Assembly: GCA_049300695.1 (NCBI GenBank) | Contig: JBAQKF010000032.1 | Coordinates: forward strand, 8,292 to 72,291 | Source: Usitatibacter sp. | GTDB lineage: Bacteria; Pseudomonadota; Gammaproteobacteria; Burkholderiales; Usitatibacteraceae | Length of the DNA: 64,000 bases | Direction of reading: 5' to 3' | Shown: positions 45,743 through 54,775 of the stretch, piece by piece | Numbering within the stretch: position 1 is the stretch's first letter | How the letters are laid out: every line of letters starts with the position of its first letter | The notes under the pieces: generated by a model | What the model saw: only the letters and a program-made list of their open reading frames with translations | Databases searched by the model: none | Told to the model about the DNA's origin: nothing | Translations under genes and position numbers: made by a program

Positions 45743-46459
45743 TCAGCTCGCGGTGACGAGCTCGAGCTTGCGGGATTCTGCGAGGGGCGGTGCTTTCAGT
45801 CCTGCGACCAGGAAGGGGGCGAGGCGCTGCAGGAGCATCTCGTCGTCGTATTTGTCCACGGCGGTCACCTGCGCGAAGAGCTTGAGCGCGTCGGTGCCGG
45901 CGAGCGTATAGGAAAGCGCGCCCATCACGAAGTGCAGGCGCCACGTGAGCTCGTGCCGCGTGAGGTGCGGCAGCGCCTTCAGGAACGCCTCCTTGTACAG
46001 CGCGATCATCTCGACGTATTGCTGGTGCAGGAATTGCCGGATGAAGGGCGCGGGATCGGCGTAGGCACGGCCGAGGAGCTTCAAGAAATTCTTGCCGCCG
46101 CGCTTCTCGTCGCGGGCGAGCTTGAGCGCGGGGATCAGCATCGCGAAGAGGATCTTCTCGCAGGAAAGGGCCTTGCCGCCCGCCTCGCGCTCGAGGCTTT
46201 CGAGCAGCTCGATGCGCTCCTGGTTCATGGGGTCGAGGCGCCGCCGCAAGGCGGCCTGAAACAGCTCTTCCTTGCCGCCGAAGTGGTAATTGACCGCGGC
46301 GAGGTTCACGCCCGCGGCGCTCGTGAGGCTGCGAAGGCTCGTCGCCTCGAAGCCGTGTTCCATGAACAGGCTCTCGGCCGTATCGAGGATCCGGGTCTTG
46401 GTGTCCGCGGAAGTGGCGTCGATGGCGACGCTCTTGCGCACGGGACGGGAGGCGGCCAT
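45743..46459 (-). CDS. TetR family transcriptional regulator (PsrA-like fatty-acid-responsive candidate)
   Basis: N-terminal HTH TRILDTAESLFMEHGFEATSLRSLTSAAGVNLAAVNYHFGGKEELF. It is the first gene of the fadE-thiolase operon, with a palindromic operator just upstream. Confidence 0.9.
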   Translation of the reverse strand: MAASRPVRKSVAIDATSADTKTRILDTAESLFMEHGFEATSLRSLTSAAGVNLAAVNYHFGGKEELFQAALRRRLDPMNQERIELLESLEREAGGKALSCEKILFAMLIPALKLARDEKRGGKNFLKLLGRAYADPAPFIRQFLHQQYVEMIALYKEAFLKALPHLTRHELTWRLHFVMGALSYTLAGTDALKLFAQVTAVDKYDDEMLLQRLAPFLVAGLKAPPLAESRKLELVTAS

Positions 46460-46474
46460 GTGGGGGAAATCCCG

Positions 46475-46496
46475 AAATTCAAACGCTCGTTTGAAT
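46475..46496. promoter_or_regulatory. Perfect 22-bp palindromic operator candidate AATTCAAACG-CT-CGTTTGAATT
   Basis: 10-bp perfect arms with a 2-bp spacer, 16 nt upstream of the TetR start, in the 59-bp divergent intergenic region. The core CAAAC-N4-GTTTG matches the reported PsrA operator pattern. Confidence 0.6.
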
Positions 46497-46518
46497 TCTA
46501 CTCGGATAAACTCGCGGC

Positions 46519-47310
46519 GTGCAACTGACCCGATTCATCGCGCTTGTTACCGCCTTCACGGCTACCGCCGGCCAGGCGCTCGTGATCCGCCCCGACCGCG
46601 ACGACGCCGAATATGTCGAAATGGCGACGAAGTACGTATCGGCGGTCGCCATCGATATTCCCGGCGGTGGTGAAGGCGTGCTCATCAACGCGCAGTGGAT
46701 CCTCACGTCGGCCCGCGTGGGCGCCACGCTGAAGGCAATGAAATCCCCGCCCTCGATCAAGGTCGGCACTCGCGAGTACAAGGTGAAGGGCGTGTACGTG
46801 CATCCCGCGTGGCGCGCGGGGGCGAACTCCGGCGACATCGCGCTCGTGTACCTCGCCGGCACCGCGAAGGTCGATCCGACTCCGCTTTATCGCGGCGACG
46901 ACGAGGCCGGCAAGAGCGTGGTCATCGTCGGAAGCGGCGACACGGGAAAGCTCGGCGACAAGGCGCTACGCCAGGACCACAAGGTGCGCGCCGGCATCAA
47001 CACGATCGATCGCCTGTCGCCGAAGGTCTTCGCCATGACCGTCAAGACGGGCGACGATGCGGCAGACCTGCAAGCGGCTTTCACTGCCAGCGAATCCGGC
47101 GCGCCCGCCTACTTCGAGACGGAATCCCACGAGCTCTTCGTGATGGGTCTCGCGTCCTCGACCAAGGACGAGAATTCCGACGGGCTCGTCGACGCCGGCG
47201 ACTCGCAGGTCTTCGTCCGCGTCTCGGCCTACGTCCCGTGGATCGAGGGGACGATGGAGAAAGTCTCCAAGGACGAGGTCAACCAGCTGCTCGACTCACG
47301 CGGCAGCTAG
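46519..47310 (+). CDS. Secreted trypsin-like (S1 fold) protein with the catalytic His position substituted
   Basis: GTG start and signal peptide. LINAQWILTSARVG aligns to trypsin LINSQWVVSAAHCY (His to Arg). GDIALVYL keeps the Asp, SESGAP keeps the Ser, and the C-terminus is VSAYVPWIEGTM. Confidence 0.72.
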   Translation: MQLTRFIALVTAFTATAGQALVIRPDRDDAEYVEMATKYVSAVAIDIPGGGEGVLINAQWILTSARVGATLKAMKSPPSIKVGTREYKVKGVYVHPAWRAGANSGDIALVYLAGTAKVDPTPLYRGDDEAGKSVVIVGSGDTGKLGDKALRQDHKVRAGINTIDRLSPKVFAMTVKTGDDAADLQAAFTASESGAPAYFETESHELFVMGLASSTKDENSDGLVDAGDSQVFVRVSAYVPWIEGTMEKVSKDEVNQLLDSRGS

Positions 47311-48125
47311 CTCGCGGGCGCGACGATCACGTGGGCCTGGATGCGGCCCTCGATCGCGCCTTCGCCGAATCGAAGGGCGAGGGCTTTCTCGACGAGAGAG
47401 GTCGCGGCCGGGAGGGCGGACGCGTCGCGGGACTCGATCTCGTTGCGAAGCGGCGTTCCCTGGCAATACGCAACAGCCACATCGCGTGGCGACCCGGCGC
47501 GGCTCGTCGCCTTCACTGTCACGATTTCAGGCGGCGAAGGATAGCCGCCGCGCGCGAGGTCCTCTCGAATCCGGCCCACGTCGAAGTAGCCGTGCGGCGT
47601 GCGTCGCATGAAGAGCGGCGGGTCCGCGGGAAACATTTCGGCCAACGCCGCCGTGGCGACCTCCGCATATTCGTTCTCTTCGATGCGATCCCAGACATTG
47701 AAGAGGAACGCGCCTGCGGGCCGCAGCACGCGGCGCGCTTCGGAAAAGGCCTTCGCCCTGTCGGGAAAGAACATCGCCCCGAACTGGCAGGCCACGACAT
47801 CGAACGACGCGTCCGGGAACGGGAGGTTCATGGCATCGGCGGGCCGCCAATCGACAGGCCGGGTGGTGCCGACGGCGCGTGCCCGCTCGATCATCGGAGG
47901 ATTGAGGTCCGTCGCCACGATCGCGACTCCCGCGGGCAGCAAGCCCGACATGGCACGGGTCACCACGCCCGTCCCCGCCGCGATCTCCAGCACGTCGCGC
48001 GGGTTACGGGCGGCAACGCGGTTTGCAAGATCCAGCGCGTACGGCTGGAATATCAGCGGCACGAGCAGTTCGTCGTAGATCTGCGGGATCGAGCCGGCAA
48101 AGACTTTGTCCGAGGACGCGCTCAT
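47307..48125 (-). CDS. Class I SAM-dependent methyltransferase
   Basis: ATG at 48125 overlaps the metY stop (ATGA). Motif I VLEIAAGTGVV, post-I VATDLNPPM, and FDVVACQFGAMFF. Confidence 0.85.
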   Translation of the reverse strand: MSASSDKVFAGSIPQIYDELLVPLIFQPYALDLANRVAARNPRDVLEIAAGTGVVTRAMSGLLPAGVAIVATDLNPPMIERARAVGTTRPVDWRPADAMNLPFPDASFDVVACQFGAMFFPDRAKAFSEARRVLRPAGAFLFNVWDRIEENEYAEVATAALAEMFPADPPLFMRRTPHGYFDVGRIREDLARGGYPSPPEIVTVKATSRAGSPRDVAVAYCQGTPLRNEIESRDASALPAATSLVEKALALRFGEGAIEGRIQAHVIVAPAS

Positions 48126-49393
48126 CCCAGCGCCTTCTCGATATCCCACAGGATGTCCTCGATGCTCTCGAGGCCGATCGAGAGCCGGATCATGTCCGGC
48201 CTGACACCCGCCCTGGCCTGCTGCTCTTCGTTCAACTGGCGATGCGTGGTCGAGGCCGGGTGGATCACCAGGGACTTCGCGTCGCCGATGTTGGCGAGGT
48301 GCGAGATGAAGGTGAGCGACTCGATGAACTTCACGCCGGCCTCGAAGCTTCCCACTCCGAACGCAAGCAGCGAACCCGCGCCCTTGGGCATGTAGCGCTT
48401 CGCGAGCTCGTGGTACGGACTGTCGGGCAACCCGGGATAGCTCACCCACGTGACTTTCGGATGCGCGTGCAGGAACTTCGCGACGGCCATCGCATTGGCG
48501 CAGTGGCGGTCCATGCGCACGGGCAGCGTCTCGATCCCCTGCAGGAGTTGCCACGCGTTGAACGGCGAGAGCGTCGGCCCGAACACGCGCAGGATTTCCA
48601 TCCGCGCCTTCATCGTGAAGCCGAAGTCGCCGAACGTCTCGTAGAAACGCACGCCGTGATAGCCCTCGGAGGGGTCCGTCATCGAGGGGAACTTGCCGTT
48701 ATCCCAGGGGAACCTGCCGCTTTCCACCACGACGCCGCCCATGGTCGTGCCGTGGCCTCCGAGGAATTTCGTCGCCGAGTGCACCACGATGTCGGCACCG
48801 TGCTTGATCGGCTGGCAGAGGTAGGGCGATGCGGCCGTATTGTCCACGATGAGCGGAACGCCCACCTCGTGCGCCACGTCGGCGATGGCCACGATGTCGA
48901 TCAAGTTGATCGCGGGATTGCCCAGTGTCTCCGAGAAGATCGCCTTGGTGTTGGGCTTGACCGCGCGGCGGAAATTCTCGGGATCGTCGGGATCGACGAA
49001 CGAGGCGGTGATTCCAAGCTTCGGCAGATTGACTCCCAGCATGGTGAGCGTGCCGCCGTAGAGCTTCGACGAAGACACGATGTGGTCGCCGCTTTGCATG
49101 AGATTGAGGAATGCGACCATCGCCGCAGCCTGGCCCGTAGCGGTCGCGACCGCGGCGCGCCCTCCCTCGATCGCGGCCACGCGCTCCTCGAACACCGCCG
49201 TCGTCGGATTCGAAAGTCGCGTGTAGACGTTGCCGAACGTCTGGAGGTTGAAGAGGCTCGCGGCGTGGTCTGCGCTGTCGAACACGTACGACGTCGTCTG
49301 ATAGAGTGGAACCGCTCGCGATCCGGTCTGCGTATCCGGGATCTGGCCGGCGTGTAGGCACAGCGTCTCGAAACCGAATTCCCTGTCCGCCAT
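48122..49393 (-). CDS. metY: O-acetylhomoserine aminocarboxypropyltransferase/sulfhydrylase (PLP-dependent)
   Basis: ATG at 49393. [18 protein letters not shown], and PLP-Lys context [13 protein letters not shown]. 423 aa. Confidence 0.92.
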   Translation of the reverse strand: MADREFGFETLCLHAGQIPDTQTGSRAVPLYQTTSYVFDSADHAASLFNLQTFGNVYTRLSNPTTAVFEERVAAIEGGRAAVATATGQAAAMVAFLNLMQSGDHIVSSSKLYGGTLTMLGVNLPKLGITASFVDPDDPENFRRAVKPNTKAIFSETLGNPAINLIDIVAIADVAHEVGVPLIVDNTAASPYLCQPIKHGADIVVHSATKFLGGHGTTMGGVVVESGRFPWDNGKFPSMTDPSEGYHGVRFYETFGDFGFTMKARMEILRVFGPTLSPFNAWQLLQGIETLPVRMDRHCANAMAVAKFLHAHPKVTWVSYPGLPDSPYHELAKRYMPKGAGSLLAFGVGSFEAGVKFIESLTFISHLANIGDAKSLVIHPASTTHRQLNEEQQARAGVRPDMIRLSIGLESIEDILWDIEKALG

Positions 49394-49420
49394 GTGGAGC
49401 CTCGCAACGTGAGAGCCGCT

Positions 49421-50950
49421 ATGGTAATCGCCGTGGCCCTCGCGGTCACGGGATGCGCGAGCCTGCCGGCGCTCGAGGGGCGCATCGAGACGCGCGCGCT
49501 CGCGAATACGGGCGAGACGCGCCTCGCCAAGTCCGTGGCGCCGCTCGTCGCGGCCCACCCGGGCAAGACGGGAATCCACGCGCTGGCCAATCCGCTCGAT
49601 GCCTTCGCCGCGCGCGTCCTGCTCGCTTCCACCGCCGAGAAATCGCTCGACGTGCAGTACTACATCTGGCGCGACGACCAGACGGGTTATCTCCTGTTCG
49701 ACGCGCTGTGGCGGGCCGCCGAGCGTGGCGTCCGCGTGAGATTACTGCTCGATGACAACAACACGAAGGGCCTCGACGAAGTGATCGGCGTGCTGGACGA
49801 TCATCCGAACATCGAGGTGCGGCTCTACAATCCCGTCGCCTATCGCGGCGCGCGGATGCTCAACTTCCTCACGGATTTCGAGCGGGTGAACCGGCGCATG
49901 CATAACAAGTCGTTCACTGCCGACAATCGCGTGACAATCGTCGGCGGACGCAACGTCGGCAACGAATACTTCGGCGCCGGCGAGGACGTGCTCTTTGCGG
50001 ACCTGGACGTGATGGCGGTCGGCCCCGCCGTCCAGGAGGTTTCCAATGCGTTCGACCTCTTCTGGAACAGTGCCTCTGCATATCCCGCATCGCTGCTCGT
50101 GCCGAAGGCGGCGGCCGACGCGCGCGAACGGCTGGAGGCGAAATTCGTCGAGGTGGGCGCCGAGCCCGAATCCCGGAAATACGAAGACGCGGTCCGCCGC
50201 ACGCCGCTCGTGACCAACCTCCTCGATGGCAAGCTCGACCTCGAATGGGACGATGCGCGAGTCGTACGCGACGATCCCGCGAAAACACTGGACACGGCCG
50301 AGCGGCACGACGTCCTTCTCCTCACGGACCTGCTGCAGAATTTCGGGCGCCCGGAGGAATCGTTCGATCTCGTGTCACCCTACTTCGTGCCCGGCAAGAA
50401 TGGAACGAAGGCGATCTCTTCCCTCGCGCAGCGCGGAGTGTCCACCCGCGTGCTCACCAACTCGCTTTCGGCCACGGACGTGAGCGCCGTGCATGCGGGC
50501 TACTCCAAGTGGAGAAAGCCCCTGCTCGAGGCCGGCGTGAAGCTCTACGAGCTCAAGTCCACGTCGAGCGTCCTCGAGGGCGACGAGAAAAAGGAACGCA
50601 AGGAAAAGAAGGGCAGCTCGCCCGAGAGCCTGCACGCGAAGACTTTCGCGCTCGACCGCAAGCGGATCTTCGTCGGCTCGTTCAACTTCGATCCGCGTTC
50701 GGCGCTGCTCAACACCGAGATGGGCCTCGTGATCGATAGCCCCGCGCTCGCCACGCGCCTATCCGACGCCATGGATTCGGGCCTCGCGAAGAACGCCTAT
50801 GAGCTCGGCCTCACGCGCGAAGGCGAGATCGAGTGGATCGAGCACGATCCCGCGGGCGACAAGCGATACGACACCGAACCGCAGACCACCGCGTTCAAGC
50901 GCGCGGCGGTCTGGTTCCTGTCGCTCCTGCCGATCGACTGGCTGCTTTAA
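49421..50950 (+). CDS. Phospholipase D / cardiolipin synthase-family lipoprotein (two HKD motifs)
   Basis: ATG at 49421 gives the lipoprotein signal MVIAVALAVTGC. HKD motifs are MHNKSFTADN and LHAKTFALDRKRIFVGSFNFD. Confidence 0.85.
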   Translation: MVIAVALAVTGCASLPALEGRIETRALANTGETRLAKSVAPLVAAHPGKTGIHALANPLDAFAARVLLASTAEKSLDVQYYIWRDDQTGYLLFDALWRAAERGVRVRLLLDDNNTKGLDEVIGVLDDHPNIEVRLYNPVAYRGARMLNFLTDFERVNRRMHNKSFTADNRVTIVGGRNVGNEYFGAGEDVLFADLDVMAVGPAVQEVSNAFDLFWNSASAYPASLLVPKAAADARERLEAKFVEVGAEPESRKYEDAVRRTPLVTNLLDGKLDLEWDDARVVRDDPAKTLDTAERHDVLLLTDLLQNFGRPEESFDLVSPYFVPGKNGTKAISSLAQRGVSTRVLTNSLSATDVSAVHAGYSKWRKPLLEAGVKLYELKSTSSVLEGDEKKERKEKKGSSPESLHAKTFALDRKRIFVGSFNFDPRSALLNTEMGLVIDSPALATRLSDAMDSGLAKNAYELGLTREGEIEWIEHDPAGDKRYDTEPQTTAFKRAAVWFLSLLPIDWLL

Positions 50951-50962
50951 AGTGCTTCAAAA

Positions 50963-51002
50963 GGGGTCAGAGCCCTTTTTCCGCGAAAAGGGCTCTGACC
51001 CC
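50963..51002. terminator. GGGGTCAGAGCCC-variant palindrome between convergent genes. Likely a bidirectional terminator.
   Basis: 17-bp perfect arms GGGGTCAGAGCCCTTTT (50963-50979) and AAAAGGGCTCTGACCCC (50986-51002) with a 6-nt loop. The A/T runs inside the stem give U-tracts in both orientations. Confidence 0.65.
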
Positions 51003-51997
51003 TACTTCGCAGCCGCCTGGCCGGCCCGGGTCCGGTCGAGCACCGTCATGGCGCTCGCGACGAGCCCCGCCACGTCGGAGACGTTCGCCGGGATGATGAG
51101 CGTGTTGCTCTGCTTGGCGAGGTTGGCGAAGGCTTCGATGTACTGGCCCGCGACCTTCAGGTTCGCGGCTTCCATGCCGCCGGGTGCGGCAATCGCGGCG
51201 GCCACGACGCGCACCGCGTTCGCCGTGGCGTCGGCCACGAGCTGGATGGCGCCCGCTTCGCCGGCCGCCTTGTTGATCTGTGCAGCCTTCTGGCCCTCGG
51301 ACTCGAGGACTGCGGCCTGGCGCGCGCCGTCGGCCACGTTGATCTCCTGCTGGCGCTTGCCCTCGGAGGTCGCGATCACCGCGCGCTTCTCGCGCTCGGC
51401 GGTGATCTGCGCCTGCATCGAGCGCAGGATCGATTCGGGCGGCGTGAGGCTCTTGATCTCGTAGCGCAGCACCTTGATGCCCCACGTGCGGCCCGCTTCG
51501 TCGAGCACCTGCACCACGATGTGGTTGATCTCGTCGCGGCTCTCGAAGGTCTTGTCGAGCTCCATCTTGCCGATCGCCGAGCGAAGCGCCGTTTGCGCGA
51601 GCTGCGTGATCGCCTGGACGTAGTCGGACGAGCCGTAGGAGGCAAGCCGCGGATCGATCACCTGGTAGTAGAGGATGCCGTCGACGGAGAGCTGTGTGTT
51701 GTCCTTCGTGATGCAGATCTGCTCGGGCACGTCCATCGGCACTTCCTTCAGCGAGTGGCGGTAGGCCACCCGGTCGAAGAACGGGACGATGAGGTTCAGG
51801 CCCGGCTCGAGCACGCGGAAGAACTTGCCGAAGCGCTCGACCACCCACGCGTTCTGCTGCGGCACGATGCGAACGCCCTCGGCGACGAGGACGATGAACA
51901 TCGCGACGATGAAGGTGGCCAAGCCAAGCAGCGGACTGTGCGTGACCGAGCCCACGGCAACAGTCACGATGAGCGCAACGATCATCTTCCAGAACAT
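51002..51997 (-). CDS. SPFH/band 7 (stomatin-like, QmcA-type) membrane protein
   Basis: 331 aa. N-terminal TM region, then RIVPQQNAWVVERFGKF...L.PGL..I.PF.D and the coiled EREKRA...EGE...A region. Confidence 0.9.
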   Translation of the reverse strand: MFWKMIVALIVTVAVGSVTHSPLLGLATFIVAMFIVLVAEGVRIVPQQNAWVVERFGKFFRVLEPGLNLIVPFFDRVAYRHSLKEVPMDVPEQICITKDNTQLSVDGILYYQVIDPRLASYGSSDYVQAITQLAQTALRSAIGKMELDKTFESRDEINHIVVQVLDEAGRTWGIKVLRYEIKSLTPPESILRSMQAQITAEREKRAVIATSEGKRQQEINVADGARQAAVLESEGQKAAQINKAAGEAGAIQLVADATANAVRVVAAAIAAPGGMEAANLKVAGQYIEAFANLAKQSNTLIIPANVSDVAGLVASAMTVLDRTRAGQAAAK

Positions 51998-52033
51998 GGT
52001 GTCTCCCTATTGGTCTTGGTGGACTGGGCGGCT

Positions 52034-52483
52034 CTAGCGGGCCGGTGGAGTGGCCGCGATGACGAGCGTGTTTCCATCCTGCCCTTCGATGTAGAGCGTG
52101 GAACCCGGAGCGGGCCGCTCCCCGGCAAGCGAGAGCCGCGCGTCCCACGTGGTGCCGCGATACTTCACGCGGGCGATGTTCGCCGTCTCGTTGGCCCAGC
52201 CTTCGAGCACGACGGGCTGCCCCCGGTCGAGGAAGTTCGATCCTTCCGGCTCGTTGGGCTGCTTTGAGTGCCATAGGTGGACGAAGTACGCGCCAGCCAC
52301 TGCGACGAGGCCGCTCGCGATCGACTGCGCGACGAAACCGCCCTCGAACCACGCGACGGCCGCGCCCGCGAAGGCGCCCAGGCCGATGACCAGGAGATAA
52401 AACGTTCCGGTGACCAACTCCGCGATCACGAGCGCCAGCCCCGCGACTACCCAGATGATCCAAAGATCCATGTCGTCCTCCAT
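52034..52483 (-). CDS. NfeD family membrane protein
   Basis: 149 aa with N-terminal TM helices and a C-terminal OB-like ARVKYRGTTWDARL. It lies upstream of the SPFH gene, the classic nfeD-SPFH pairing. An alternative ATG is at 52471. Confidence 0.8.
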   Translation of the reverse strand: MEDDMDLWIIWVVAGLALVIAELVTGTFYLLVIGLGAFAGAAVAWFEGGFVAQSIASGLVAVAGAYFVHLWHSKQPNEPEGSNFLDRGQPVVLEGWANETANIARVKYRGTTWDARLSLAGERPAPGSTLYIEGQDGNTLVIAATPPAR

Positions 52484-52526
52484 ACGCGTGCCCCGGGTTG
52501 ACGATTCCCGGGGTGACAGCTCCGCT

Positions 52527-52985
52527 TTAGGGAGAGCGTCGCGCCGAAATCACTTTCGTGTTGACGCCCGCCCAGCCCAGACCGCCGAAGAAGCGCCCAT
52601 GCTCGATCTTCATGCAGCGGTTCTCGACCACCTCGAGCCCCGCGGCCTCCGCCTTGGCTCGCGCCTCGGCGTTTTCCACGCCCAGCTGCATCCACAGCAC
52701 CTTGGCGCCGATCGCGATCGCTTCGTCGGCGATCGCCGGAATCTCGCTACTCTTGCGGAAGCAGTCCACCACGTCCACCCTGTCGGGAACGTCCGACAGA
52801 CGTTTGTAGCACTTCTCGCCCAGGATGGTGTCGTAGGTGGGGTTGACTGGTATTACCCGATAGCCGTGCTCCTGCAGGTACTTGGCGGCGAAATAGCTCG
52901 GGCGGTGCCATTGAGCCGACAGGCCGACCACGGCAATCACGCGATAGCGCATGAGAATGCGCCGGGTCTTTTCACTATCATCCAT
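52527..52985 (-). CDS. CoA-binding domain protein (YccU-like)
   Basis: IAVVGLS...RPSYFAAKYLQEHGYRVIPVNP...G.KCY.L.D.P..VD.V..FR is typical of CoA_binding_2. Confidence 0.85.
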   Translation of the reverse strand: MDDSEKTRRILMRYRVIAVVGLSAQWHRPSYFAAKYLQEHGYRVIPVNPTYDTILGEKCYKRLSDVPDRVDVVDCFRKSSEIPAIADEAIAIGAKVLWMQLGVENAEARAKAEAAGLEVVENRCMKIEHGRFFGGLGWAGVNTKVISARRSP

Positions 52986-53001
52986 GTTTTATTCTACCTT
53001 G

Positions 53002-54771
53002 ATGCGAATGACCGAATTTCGGGCGCGTTGGACGGCGATCTTGGCTGCGCTGCTGCCGCTGGTTGCGCACGCGTTCAACCACACGGACACGGTGAGCCCC
53101 GTCGCGCCGGGGAAATTCAACGTCGCATGCTCCAACATCGAGCAGAATGCCTCGCTCATCGCCGCGGGCGCCTCGGCGTCGGACTACTGGGAAGGCCGTA
53201 ACGGCCACTACATCACCGACCTTCTGGTCAATCCCCAACCGGTCACCGATTTCTTTGTCGCGGTGCCGGAAAATCGCGCGCTGTACGTGAATCACCATGG
53301 CAACAGCGTCCCGTACGTGGCGATCATCTGTTATCCGACGCCCGCGAACAATACGGATCCGGACTACGCGCTGCCTGGAAGCGGGGACGTGATCCCGCAC
53401 ATGCAGCTTCCGGGACAGGCGCCCAAGTTCGTGACGATCGGCGAGTACTACCAGACCCTGGGCGAAACGGGCATCGATTTCCAGGAGGTCTCGGGCTTTC
53501 CCATGAAGCTGCCGACGATCGTCTTCTCGCACGGCCTCACCGGGAGCCCGATCAGTTCGGGATATGTGACCGTGCTGGTGCAGCTGGCGCAGCAGGGCTT
53601 CGTCGTCGCAGGGGTATTCCACGGCGACCCGCGTTTCTCAATCGTAAGGATCGAGACCCTGAGCGATGCGCTCTATCTCATCGCGAATTTCGGCGAGGTG
53701 GTCGAGCTCGAGCTGCTGCGGCCGCTCTCGCTCAAGGTGATGCTCGACAATCTCCTTGCCGATCCCGGGTTCTCGAGCGGCATCGACCCCGCGCGCATCG
53801 GCGGTTTCGGCGCCTCGATGGGAGGCGCGGCGATGACGTATCTCGCGGGCGGCTGGGCGAGCACCACGATCGGCGCGCATTGCGACGAGCCTGTGCACGA
53901 TCCCCGCATCCGCGCCTTCGCGGGCTACGTGCCGTGGGCCGGCTATTCGTTCCTCCCGGCCTATTGCAGCGACCAGAGCGGCGCGGCATTCGTGAACAAG
54001 CCGTATCTCGCGATGTCGGGAACCGCGGATACAACGGCGCCGCTCACGCAGATGAAGGAGGCCCTCAACAATTTCACCAACACCCGCTACATGGTCGAGA
54101 TGCAGGACGGCCAGCACGAGCTGCGGCCACAGGATGCGCCGATGGTCATGACATGGCTCGTCGCGTATTTCAACGCGTATCTCGGCGGCCCGTTCGGGAA
54201 CTTCGCGAAGATGGACAACGTGTCGGGGCCGGGCCGCGTCGACAACGTGACGGTCGACGTGCACATCCCGTTTCCCAACGCGGGGAGCGAGTTCACGGTA
54301 TTCGAACTCTACAACCCGGTGCTCAATCACTTCTACTACACCGACAATGCGACCGAAGCCAACGCGCTCACGACTTCGCCCTACATGAGCTGGATGTTGA
54401 CGGGCAATGGATTCAAGGCGTGGCCGTCCGCCTACCAGACCGATGCTCCCGTGGTCACATCGCCGGTCTGCCGCTTCGACCTCGCGGGCCGCCCCGGCGC
54501 GGGCTTCTCGTTCTTCAGCGCGGAGCCGAACGATTGCGACATGCTCAAGGCGAATCGCGGATGGAACTATTTTGGGACTGTGTTCTACGTGGATCGCGTC
54601 GATGCGAACCTGCGATGCCCCGACGGCTTCCTCGGCGTGAACCGCGCCTACAACAACGGCGCCGCGCGCTTCGACACGAACCACCGTTACAGCACGAGCG
54701 ACTCGATCATGCGCGACATGCAGCACAGCGGCTGGTCGTATGAGGCGACGGTGATGTGCTCGCGGCCTTAG
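53002..54771 (+). CDS. Secreted alpha/beta hydrolase (PAF-acetylhydrolase/dienelactone-hydrolase-like) with a C-terminal DUF5648-like domain
   Basis: Start at ATG 53002 or 53008, downstream of the divergent gene. Signal peptide ...WTAILAALLPLVAHA. Nucleophile elbow GGFGASMGG. C-terminal FELYNPVLNHFYYTDNATEANAL...GW.YE. Confidence 0.7.
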   Translation: MRMTEFRARWTAILAALLPLVAHAFNHTDTVSPVAPGKFNVACSNIEQNASLIAAGASASDYWEGRNGHYITDLLVNPQPVTDFFVAVPENRALYVNHHGNSVPYVAIICYPTPANNTDPDYALPGSGDVIPHMQLPGQAPKFVTIGEYYQTLGETGIDFQEVSGFPMKLPTIVFSHGLTGSPISSGYVTVLVQLAQQGFVVAGVFHGDPRFSIVRIETLSDALYLIANFGEVVELELLRPLSLKVMLDNLLADPGFSSGIDPARIGGFGASMGGAAMTYLAGGWASTTIGAHCDEPVHDPRIRAFAGYVPWAGYSFLPAYCSDQSGAAFVNKPYLAMSGTADTTAPLTQMKEALNNFTNTRYMVEMQDGQHELRPQDAPMVMTWLVAYFNAYLGGPFGNFAKMDNVSGPGRVDNVTVDVHIPFPNAGSEFTVFELYNPVLNHFYYTDNATEANALTTSPYMSWMLTGNGFKAWPSAYQTDAPVVTSPVCRFDLAGRPGAGFSFFSAEPNDCDMLKANRGWNYFGTVFYVDRVDANLRCPDGFLGVNRAYNNGAARFDTNHRYSTSDSIMRDMQHSGWSYEATVMCSRP

Positions 54772-54775
54772 GGAT

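Noticed and set aside
49394-49420. GTG at 49394 as the PLD gene start (track ORF start), abutting the metY ATG with zero spacing
   Set aside because: The ATG at 49421 yields a canonical lipoprotein signal peptide (MVIAVALAVTGC). The 9 extra residues (MEPRNVRAA) add nothing and would remove all intergenic space.
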